Source: Nemertoderma westbladi
Lineage: Eukaryota > Animalia > Xenacoelomorpha
Length of the DNA: 38,885 nucleotides
Assembly (NCBI GenBank): GCA_032718475.1
Contig: JAUCBJ010007717.1
Coordinates: 1-38,885, forward strand
Direction of reading: 5' to 3'
Both the position numbers and the translations under genes were made by a program. This document shows positions 1-10,370 of the stretch, piece by piece. Below the pieces are notes generated by a model. The model ran no database searches, had not been told where the DNA came from, and worked only from the letters and a program-made list of their open reading frames with translations. Every line of letters starts with the position of its first letter. The first letter of the stretch is position 1.

Positions 1-242
1 TCCTGACCAGCCATTGGTAGATCACCATCTGCCTGGTCAGGCCATATACCCCTGCAGCCAAGTATATGGGTCCTTAATCCAGGACCAAGGGCGTCCTTAT
101 CCCAGAACGAAGGGGGTCCTAGTTACAGGACCAGATTTGCCCTAGTAAGAGGGTCTATGCAGCTACAGGTGGCACCTCCTTTATGCTGCATGGAGGTGGC
201 AAGTTTTCTTGATCAATGACCTAGAATACCTGACCTGACCTG
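1..242 (+). mobile_element. Hairpin-dense segment ending in an (ACCTG)3 tail; probable 3' UTR/tail of a non-LTR retrotransposon abutting the Rex1 copy
   Basis: Consecutive stems CCTGACCAG/CTGGTCAGG, CCATATAC/GTATATGG, GGTCCT/AGGACC (twice), CACCTCC/GGAGGTG; ACCTGACCTGACCTG ends at 242, exactly where Rex1 homology begins (243). Confidence 0.45.
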
Positions 243-904
243 AATCTACATAGATGGTGACGAGGTTCCGCGTCCGTCCGAAGTGAAACATCTTGGAATA
301 TGGATTGCAAATAATCTATCATGGAAAACTCATATATTTAAACTTATAAAAAGGGTAAATTACATAGTTCGCCAATTCAGTTTTTTCATCCGGTTTGCTA
401 ATAAAGATACAAAAATATTTCTCTTTGAAACTTACATTGTACCACAATATATGTACTGTGCGGTTGCGTGGGTCCCCCTCATTCCAAAGAATCTCAAAAA
501 GAAGTTAAAGAGACCACTGTCGCTGTTTGCCAAACACTCAAAAATTGAAAAACAAGTTTACATGAACATTATAAATGATGCGTTTTCCAAACAGTTCACC
601 AACATGGTAAAGAAGATTGTGGACACGCCGAGTCATCCTCTACACGCTTTCATTATTGGTTGCCGATCAAACTCCACCGCAACTCGCAATAATTACAGAA
701 TGCCTGATACACGGACCAAGATGTTTCATAACTCTTTCGCTCCAAGTGCTATTAGATATCTAATAAACAATGAGATACCGATTTTCATGCAATGATATTT
801 TATTTATTTTTATGTAATCTGTGTTTGTGATTAACGGTAATTTTCCTATTTACATTCCTCCATATGTACAGGAAATAAAACGAATTATTCATTCATTCAT
901 TCAT
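243..904 (+). mobile_element. Rex1/Babar-like LINE 3' fragment (copy A): ORF2 C-terminus, 3' UTR, (ATTC)n tail
   Basis: ORF 283-795 (KHLGIWIANNLSWKTH...HPLH...RTKMFHNSFAPSAIRYL) nearly identical to the end of ORF 33515-34498; AATAAA at 874 then ATTC repeats 887-904. Confidence 0.9.
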
Positions 905-985
905 ACAAACATTTAATTATAAATACACCAAGTTCTAGAACACTTTGCTTATGGATGAATATCCACATACTAGTATTATAATATA

Positions 986-1714
986 CACCATCTCCCTTAA
1001 TACAACAACCATTTTTAGCTTTTTTTTTATTTCTACAAATTTCAATCATATGCTACGAAATTTGGTGTGATGATAGTTCGACAACCTTTCTTACTGCCGG
1101 TCTGGCCGGATTTTTCAAATTCTGAGCTATTTCGATACAAGCCGTTAAAAATCGTCTATTTGGAATACTGTATTTATCCACCTCCGTCGGCTGTATTTCA
1201 TCAGTCTTCCCCGCCTTCATCTGCAGATTCCGAATCTGAAAACCGTTTTCAATTTTACCATCAACTTCCGGAGATATTATCGAATTTATACATTTAGATT
1301 TAGACACGTAAATCGTGTAGTTCTCATGTTTTTCTACTCAATTCTAGAATATCCGTAATGAAGAAACAAGATGGAGAGTTTTAAAGGCGCAGCTAAATAA
1401 TAAGTAATACAGTATTCAAGAATAAAGTCAAAAAACATTAAAGAGTTATATCGATTTTTGTCTCGAAACTTACACCTTAGTATTTTGATAATATCTTTGG
1501 CAATTTTTTCTGGAATTTAAAACTGTTTTCAGATTCGGAATCTGCAGATGAATAGGTTGAATATGGTTCTAATAATATCTGGATTACATTCTAAAGACGA
1601 AAAAAAAATTCAACTGAGGCTTCTAAATATTGCCAAATATACGATTTTTAATGGCTTGTTCAACTAACATCATACCAAATTTCGTAGCATTTGAGTGAAA
1701 TTTTAAAAAAAATT
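986..1714. mobile_element. Foldback MITE, right end missing; same family as 34690-35352
   Basis: Starts TA|CACCATCTCCCTTAATACAA; arms are imperfect inverted repeats (e.g. CATCTGCAGATTCCGAATCTGAAAAC vs GTTTTCAGATTCGGAATCTGCAGATG). Confidence 0.75.
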
Positions 1715-2015
1715 AGTACTTTGGTAGCACCCAACGGTACCGTTGCGGTAACTGATTGTCTATCTGTCGACTGTGAATTCAACAGGAAATTACATTATTG
1801 TTTTATCATTGTTTACATGGGCTGCGGTAAACCGTGCGGTTTAGTGAACAACTACCTGTTGGGTCGTTCACAGTCAGCGGTGTACGCTGGCCCCCTGCGG
1901 TACACCGCGCGGTGTACACCGTTCCGTTGGATGTGAACGGGCCTTTAGTGCGTCCTCGGACAATTATATAGTAAGCCTAATACTGCTCCTTGTTTTTTTA
2001 TTACACACTGTCTCC

Positions 2016-3485
2016 AGTATAAAGTTAAACGAATTAAGTATACTCAATCAAAAGTAGGTTATTTATTCACAATCAAACGCTGTTGCTTAATCCTCTTTCC
2101 TTTAACGGGCGGGCACTAATGTCTCGCGGGCACTAACGTCTCGCGGGCACTAACGTCCTATGAGACATTAGTGCCCGCGGTCAATTAGTCGCATTATCGC
2201 GGGCACTAATGTCCCATAGGATGTTAGTACCCGCGAGACGTTAGTGCCCGCTAGACGTTAGTGCCCGCGAGACATTAGTGCCCTCGAGACATTAGTTAAA
2301 TAGTTAATTAGTTAGTTAGTTAGTTAGTTAATTAGTTAGTATATGTAATAAATACAACAGGCCAGGGAGACTTTTCCCGCTTCTTGTTATTTAACATTTT
2401 AATTTCAACTTCGATCTTTTATGATTAAAAAATTTATTAACCTCAGCTATACATGGTAGCATTTATACTATTTGGTTTCGCGGTAAAGTCTTCAAGGAAT
2501 GAGGATTAAGCAACAGCTTTTGATTGTTTATAAATAACCTACTTTTGATTGAGTAAGTTTAATTTGTTTAACTTGTATTTTTCGGATGTGGGTGCAAAAT
2601 GTGGTGCTAGCACCACATTTTGAAAACCATCAAATATATCAATTGATTGTGTCACCTTGTTTCTTGCGTTATACGGGTTTGTGATGGTTCTGAATTCAAT
2701 GGAATCAGTAAAAATTTCATAAGAGTTCTCAAACTTGTATTTTTCGCCGGTGGGTGAAAATTGTTGTGCCAGCACCAAATTTTGGAAAATATGCAAATTA
2801 ATAAGTAGATAGTATCACCTTGTTTCTTGCGTTATACGGGTTTATGAGGGTCCTGAATCCGATGGAATCAATAAAAACAGCACTGGACATCGCAAACTTA
2901 TACTTTTTAGTGATTGGTACGAAATTTGGTGCTAGCACCAAAATTTGCCAAATTACGCCGAAAAATACAAGTATCAATGATCTGGCATATTAGAAATGTA
3001 TTCCATTAGAATCAGCGCCCTCGAAAACCTGAAAATGTGAATTTATAGCATCGTATAAGTGAATTAAAAATTTTGTGTTGTAACTGAAAAGTGCTGGTTA
3101 CTTGTTTTTTTCATTTTTTTTCCTACGCAGAGAGGACTAAACAGCCATTTATAGTAATCATATCATTTTTTAATATTTTGCAATGTATTTCGCACTTCAG
3201 AAAACTTGTATTGAAAAATAATTAGCCGAAAATGTAACTTTCAAATTTTGTGAAAATTGTGCACTACTTGTAATTTTGGTGCTGCAATATAACCACCCCA
3301 GTACATTTTTTCGAAAATTTTTTTTTTCGGTCGGATCCAGACAAGTGATACCTACGCACAAACAAAAAATCAGCCGTTTTCGTAAATATTTGTAGATTTT
3401 AGAGGGGGGGGGGGGGGGGGGGGGGTTAATATGACCCCCCCCCCCCGGTATTTGTACAACATTTTATAGCCCGGTACTAATAGGG
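2016..3485. mobile_element. Partial foldback non-autonomous DNA element with a piggyBac-type right end (...AATAGGG|TTAA)
   Basis: ~2022-2103 is the inverted copy of ~2492-2573; ~162-bp tandem repeats at 2571/2733/2894; terminus GGG at 3485 followed by TTAA 3486-3489. Confidence 0.55.
2109..2341. repeat. 17-bp minisatellite (GCGGGCACTAAYGTCTC) in both orientations, followed by a (TTAG)n microsatellite
   Basis: About four forward and five reverse copies read directly; they lie between the inverted arms of the 2016-3485 element. Confidence 0.9.
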
Positions 3486-5966
3486 TTAATGGCGAGACTC
3501 GAGTTCGCAACTACCAGCGGTACCGAAGTATCGTGGCTATATGCTAAACTCTCATCAAGCTAGGGAGACGGGGAGTTGGTCCGGAGCCAAATTTGTCTGC
3601 TACAATCCTTGCATCAATGAAAGGTTGGACATTTGTATACGCTTCACACGAACTCACACGATATATTTACTATTCACACGATTTATCTTAATTTAAAAGT
3701 CGTTTGCGTATTTTAATTTTAATTTAAAGTCAAATACGGTTCAAAAGACTTATTTAATATTTACCAGAATGTCACTGTTTTGTGTATCCATGATAACAGT
3801 TGAGTTTCTGTAATGCAAACTGTTGAACTATGTACGGCTCTACCAATCATACACGCTCCTTTCTCTGTCGGAATCCCAACGGAGAGCTAATCGTTCTAAT
3901 TTATAAGCCAAATTGAAATAACCTAAACAATAAATCCGATTTGGCTTCCTAAACTACTTAATAAGAGTGCGGGTGATATAACACTCAGTGTTCACTTTGT
4001 CAGAGAAATACGTGCGGTTTGCTCGGCAGGACAATGTCGAATATGAGAATATTTTATATTGCAAAGGGATGGGATATTAATTTGCCCTAATGTCGAAAAT
4101 TCTGACCTTGAGCTGATTGGATTCAGCGATTTTTACTACTGCGCTACCCTAGCTACTACTATCAACCTGCTGACCCGCTACTTTCAAATAACCACCTAGC
4201 GTCGAAAATTCTAAGATATTTCTAAACGTAATTTACCCAAACTATTCTCCGGTATGCAGCGTACAAACTCTTAATTTTATTCGAAGTGCTAAAGTAAATT
4301 ACAGTGTCTCAAAATACAGAGTTGCGTACTAATTACTAAGTATTCCAGAATTCGTATTACTAATTTATTACGTTACTGAGTTATACTAGCAACAGCCTAA
4401 ATATAGTATTATTTGACCTAACAGCAATTAACAAGCATAAACTTAGAAATAGAAAACAAAAGAAATAGCGCCTATCTAAATATCACAATCAAGAATCGGG
4501 CACTCTTTAAACAACACAACATAAAGTAGCATTAGCAACAACACACCACCAACAACACCAAAAGCGCTAACGGCGCTGCGCAGCTAATATAGTGCTAGTA
4601 TGTAGCGCTAGTGTAAACAATCAAGATCACCCAAGCTAAATGCGGCCTTCCTAGCTAAACCCGCTACACTACCTTAGTGTTGTAAAGCTGAAACAAAATC
4701 TGATCGTCAGCCCCCAAACGCTGTAATGACGACAGGTCCACAGTCCTCTACATGATTAGCCTGACCACAACTACTCGCCCCTACCTGCGTTGCCACACAT
4801 TGGGTCCTCCACTCTCCTTACGTCGCTTCCAAAATGCGCTCGCGACGCCTACCGGTACCCTTAGCCCAACATGCTAAAGTTAACGATTACCGTATCGGCG
4901 CAAGCATAACAAACAGTCTAACAGTCGAAAGGAAAATCTTTATAGGAGTTTGCTACATTGCAAAGATTAAAGAAATCAAGAGTCAGTTCAAGCCGTAATC
5001 ATTATTCAAAGTCATAAATCAAGCAATAGTAATAGCAGAAATCAGCATTTACAATCAACGGAAGTACAAAAAACATAAGAATTAATAAATAACAACAACA
5101 AAACTGTAAGAATGATTATACAAATCTGCAAGAATGACGCAATGTCTATATCATTGGTCGAATAAAATCCTGCTGCTATTAGACCAACCTAAATAGCTAA
5201 ACCTAAAAGCTAAACCTAGATAAACTAGTTTTCCCCTCCTTCGGGAGGCTGTAACTTCCTCTTCTTCCTACAATCGTTGTGATCAGTGTCACAATAAAAG
5301 CGTAGGAATGAGTAATGACGTGAAAGGAAACACGTCCATTGTGGTATCTTATAGATACTACCCCTCCATATCCTTCCTCCTTCCTACCACTACTCTCCCT
5401 CTACCCAACGCAATCGAGGATACGTAACGTTGACAGAGAAACCCTCTTCCTGCCATCTTCTCTACCCAGCGCACTTGGAGCTTCGTGGAGAATATAGACC
5501 AATTATAGCTGTATTGTGGTACTAACGTACCATCCCTCATGAAACCTCCCCATCCCCTTACTGTTTATCTGGATGCTTATATTGGTATCCATATCTCCTG
5601 TCTATGTATCACCATGTTGATATTTACAATATCAGCCTCTGTCCCTCTTTACGTTGGTTGGATAAGCAAATAACAACAACTTCCTCCTAATCACAGCCAT
5701 TGCAACAAGGACTGAAAGGATGGAAGAAACTTTGGTGAACAACTGGTACCATTGTGCGTCATAAATCTGGTTGTTCACACCCCTTAATGCTTGGAACTAA
5801 ACTCGCTAAACTAGTAATTCATCCGATTCGAATGCTTTAGGCGCTTTCTGACTCCGTTCTGTAACGTTGATAGTCAGTTTAAAGACTGCGCATTAACCAA
5901 ACTCAGCTTGAGAGATTCCGCCGCTGAGAAGTTAGATAGCGCTGCATTTGCCATTTTCAAGGACAT

Positions 5967-6559
5967 TTGCATACAAAATTTACATTCATCTGTTATGCAA
6001 AGACCCAGAATCCCAACAGGATACTCTATTGTGGAAGTCAAATGGTGGGTTCCCTAGAGAAAATGGCTGCATCCGTCGAAGCTCTGCAAGTTGAAGAACC
6101 AATTTGCTTAGAATCTGAAGAAATTCATCCCATAACCCCAGGAGTAGTGATAACGATTATGTGTTGGAATGGTATCAAGGTCCACAACGTCTCACGGCGT
6201 ATGATTATCGGCATGCTAATTACATTTCTAAGAAACGTTGCCGATTATGTGCATCACATGACCACTTTACCCCTTTAGACTCCAACGAACTCTGCTCCTA
6301 CTTTAAAGATCAACCTTCTATGGAAATTTATTGTGCATACTGTCGACTTAACAATCAACATATTTTCACTGTTTGTCCTCAATTCATGACTCAATGTCAC
6401 TACTGCCAATTCCAAGGACATGCTAGTTTCAATTGCCCTTTCAACAGAGACCTAGAAAGCGTAGACAAAATAGTTGCATTACGGTATATCAGATCTTGGG
6501 AAGCTAGTGCGGATCTCCATTGTGAATCACGCCACCGATATTATCCAGGATGCGCATAG
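5967..6559 (+). pseudogene. Gag/ORF1-like zinc-knuckle protein, probably frameshifted near 6150
   Basis: ORF 6161-6559 has CRLCASHDH, CAYCRLNNQHIFTVC (CX2CX5HX4C) and an exact CX2CX4HX4C (CHYCQFQGHASFNC); overlapping ORF 5967-6278 plausibly supplies the N-terminus. Confidence 0.6.
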
Positions 6560-6826
6560 TTTATGCGTTTCACACCTCTTTTCCTCAGTTGAACAAAAAT
6601 CTCGCACTCCTAGTTATGAACTGATAAAACGCGTTGGCTAGAGTGTTTCAACCAAATACATCCGTAAATATCTGAGAAATATCAATCCCAGTAGTTTGGA
6701 TTCATTTAATCTTTTAATCTAGTTTACTTTATTCGACAAGATCCTGAATATGGTGAATTATTCATAAACGCACACCCCGAGTTACAAGAAGTTCATAGAC
6801 GACCATATGAATACAAAGCCAGGGAA

Positions 6827-7132
6827 CGCTGTCGTCCGATAGAGTTTATGGTGGAACCCGTGCGCTGTCGTCCGACAGAGTTTATGGTGGAACCCGTGCG
6901 CTGTTGTCCGACACAGTTTATGGTGGAACCCGTGCGCTGTCGTCCGATAGAGTTTATGGTGGAACCCGTGCGCTGTCGTCCGACAGAGTTTATGGTGGAA
7001 CCCGTGCGCTGTCGTCCGATAGAGTTTATGGAGGAACCCGTGCGCTGTCGTCCGATAGAGTTTATGGAGGAACCCGTGCGCTGTCATCCGACAGAGTTTA
7101 TGGTGGAACCCGTGCGCTGTCGTCCGACAGAG
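6827..7132. repeat. 36-bp tandem array, ~8.5 copies (minus-strand translation CRTTAHGFHHKL)
   Basis: Unit CGCTGTCGTCCGAYAGAGTTTATGGWGGAACCCGTG read directly; in frame with the RT C-terminus. Confidence 0.97.
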
Positions 7133-8790
7133 CACGTGGCGGTTCCTTTGGCCGGCTGATCTCCAGGTGGTAGATTTAAAGGCTGGGCCTCGGATGAAAC
7201 CTTCGCTAATAAAGTGGTTCTGGCGATCGGCTCTAAAAGCCTTATAAGATTGCACCACGTCTTTGTCGAAAATATTATTGTGTTTAGATAGGATGCATTC
7301 CACTAGAGTTCTTTCTCCCGTAAGATTATGTGCTAAAGTTGAGGAGGCGTTGGTAGGAAGACCTACACGTAGCATTTACTTTAAAAAGGACGATTTAATT
7401 TTATCAAGCTCTTTTAGATTATTTAGTTTTAAAAACTTCCCATATGATGTAGTGGCATATAGAGCTTTCGGGGCGATTTTACTGTTAAATATTTTGAGAC
7501 CGGTATCAACAGATAAAAGAGGTAAATAGCTAAGTGAACCTATTATACTGTAGCAATCACGTTTTTTTCTGTCTATATGTCTGCTAAAACTGAGATAAGA
7601 TTGCACTGTTAAACCTAGATAGTCATAGGAATTTTCAATTTTGACAATATCACCACCGAAATAAAATACATCGCTGTTATTTAATCGGCCACCTTTCCTA
7701 AATTTTACGATTTTAGTTTTCTTAAGGTTAACCACCATTCCATTCTCCGAACACCATAAATGTACTAGGTTTAAAGCTAACTGTATGTCTGTGGCACTGT
7801 TCGAGTAAATGACTAGATCATCTGCATAAAATATAATAAAAATAGTGTGGGCTATAGAAAGAAGTCTGTAGGCTAAATCTGCAATGAATAACAAAAATAA
7901 TGTCGGAGATAAACAATCTCCCTGTAAAACACCTCTAAGCTGGCTAATAACGTTAGAGAGTCTAAGACCATCAAATATACGAATTGAGTTATTGAGAATA
8001 TCGCGAATAATATTATAAACTTTCCCCTTAATACCGGAGTTGTACATTTTATATAAAAGTTTAGCTCTAGAAACAAGGTCAAAAGCCTTTTTAAAATCAA
8101 TAAAACAGGCGTATACTTTATGGTCACTGCGTGATGATGAGCTAAGTGAGTTACGTATATGAGAAAGGAATTTATCTAATGCTTGAGTTGTTGACTTTCC
8201 ACGCAGAAACCCATATTGATCTGATGGGAACTGGGAAGCTAGATTTGACATAATTCTTTTGTTAAAAATCGATGTGAGAATTTTTAGAAAAACTGCTATC
8301 AAGGCAAGGCCACGGTAATTTTCGGGATCCCGTCGAGACCCTTTGCCTTTGAACAGAATATTAATAAAACTCAATTTCCAGGCCAAGGGTATCGATGAGC
8401 AGGTCAAACACAGGTTATATAACATGGTTATTTGAATTAAAAAGAACGGCGGTAGATCCTTAAGGTGTTCATAAAAGATCCCGTCCGGCCCGGAAGCTTT
8501 CTTGTTTTTCGAATGTTTTATAGAGTCCGCAACTTCTTCTTTGGTGATTGGTTCATTATACCATTCATAGTCGGAAAGCTCCTCAGCGGATGGCATGGGA
8601 GGGTCCGGACAAGCCACTGGCGTATTCGCTGTACCGCGCAGAGATTGAAAGTGAGACTCCAGTCGATTGGCTTCGATCGGGGCTGCAGTGTTATTTGTAT
8701 CTTTGAATAGAGACCAAGGGTCAACCTCTGCCTTGTCGAGACGGTTTTTGTTTCTTTTTAATCAGGTTTTTGTAGCTTTTCCTTGTTAAA
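6827..8790 (-). mobile_element. 5'-truncated non-LTR retrotransposon ORF2 (reverse transcriptase) with one in-frame stop
   Basis: KASGPDGI, NYRGLAL, QYGF, FIDFKKAFDLV, GVLQGDCLSPTLF, FYADD, YLG; frame open upstream to ~8806 (RKSYKNLIK...DPW); TAA at 7378-7376, then the same frame continues to RHVLCRTTAHGFHHKLC. No endonuclease domain present. Confidence 0.93.
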
Positions 8791-9322
8791 ATTAAACTGT
8801 TAAAGGTCTAAAAGCGCGAACATTGCGATCTTATGCTTTGATCTGATCTTTATTATAAAATGTTATAATGACAATAAATAAATAACAAGCTAATAATAAA
8901 AGTTACGTTAATAAATATTATTCAAAGAAATCGTAAGGTTTAGACGGATGTTAATTGTTAATTGCAGTTAAGAATTTTTATCTTAGACCCTTTAACAACA
9001 CTTACACCGTAATAGCCCCAATAGACTTCCTTCTTAGAATCAGTAGACTGATAATCCCCGTTGAGGTTCGTCTGAGACTTCACGGTATGCCACCAACCGC
9101 CAGAACGATCTGATGCCAACGAGGTGTCGTCGGAATCATCATGATCTTTATCTTTTGTAGAGAACTGCGAACCATTAGCCTTGCCTATTTTATTTCCCAA
9201 GAGTAAGAGTTCCAAACGTTCAAATTCTCCATAACTAAACTTGTAATTCGTTTCTCCTGATCCTATCTTTACATTCTTATATAATGCGGCTCCGGTTCGA
9301 CCCTCAAACTTAATTGTTATTT

Positions 9323-9715
9323 CGGTATTACTTGGCCTGCTGCCCTCCCCCGTTATTTATCTGTTTTCTGTTTTTCTTGCTTTTTTTTAATAATGTAAAA
9401 TAAAATTAATGATAATAATATAATAATAAAATTTTTAATGACCACAAAAACCAACTACAGTATGTGTGTAGAGGGTTTGAAATATTAAACAATAAGGGAA
9501 AGTGGGCGGTTACAGTGACTATGTTTTCTAACCAAAACAATAAACTAATATTTTTTCACTTGCGGTCGATTTGCGGTACGATTTTTAAAAGGTAGTTAGT
9601 GATTTTGATGATATCTAGTATTTTATAAAATTATAAATACATTTGAATTTTAGGTGTGAAAATGGAAAGTTTTATTTTGTATAAATGAGGGGAGGGGGCA
9701 GGCCAAGTAATACCG
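9323..9715. mobile_element. 393-bp MITE inserted in the FReD coding region
   Basis: Perfect 18-bp TIR CGGTATTACTTGGCCTGC / GCAGGCCAAGTAATACCG with a further imperfect CCCTCCCC/GGGGAGGG; AT-rich interior; removal rejoins the reading frame. Confidence 0.9.
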
Positions 9716-9969
9716 TTAATTCAATCTGTAGATCACATTCCCATTGCGTCGTTATGCGATGAATTGTTTCTAACCCGAGCCAGTAACCTTTTCCTTCCAT
9801 GTCACCAAAACCTTCTACATAAGAATCCCAATATTTATTGAAATCAGTGGAAGATGACTCTTCTCGAAACTGTATTATAAGATCACCCTTGTCGCAGATC
9901 ACGTCGTTGTTTAAAAAAGAAACAGGTTTATTAGAAACGGAATTACCGGCACATGGGAATACTGCCTCG

Positions 9970-10370
9970 GTAGTTGTGGTGGGCGGGGGGGTTGTAGTGG
10001 TGGGCGGGGGGGTTGTAGTGGTGGGTGGTGGGGTTGTAGTGGTGGGTGGGGGGCTTGTAGTGGTGGGTGGTGGGGTTGTAGTGGTAGGCGGGGGGGTTGT
10101 AGTGGTGGGCGGGGGGGTTGTAGTGATGGGTGGTGGGGTTGTAGTGGTAGGCGGGGGGGTTGTAGTGGTGGGCGGGGGGGTCGTAGTGGTAGGCGGGGGG
10201 GTTGTAGTGGTGGGCGGGGGGGTTGTAGTGGTGGGTGGTGGGGTTGTAGTGGTAGGCGGGGGGGTTGTAGTGGTGGGCGGAGGGGTTGTAGTGGTGGTTG
10301 AGGGTGTTACTGTGGTGGGTGAGGGTGTTATAGTGGTGGGCGGGGGGGCTGTAGTGGTGGTTGAGGGTGT
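9970..10370 (-). repeat. Coding 21-bp tandem repeat (TTTTPPP stalk)
   Basis: Unit GTGGTGGGCGGGGGGGTTGTA; visible variants are mostly at third codon positions of the minus-strand frame. Confidence 0.95.

Noticed and set aside
228-242. (TCAGG)n telomeric repeat on the minus strand
   Set aside because: Only three copies, internal, and better explained as a retroelement microsatellite tail.
7376-7378. Stop-codon reassignment suggested by in-frame TAA codons in RT frames
   Set aside because: The TAA at 33359 is AAA in the duplicate, so it is an ordinary nonsense mutation. Long ORFs lack internal TAA/TAG and the FReD gene ends in TAA.
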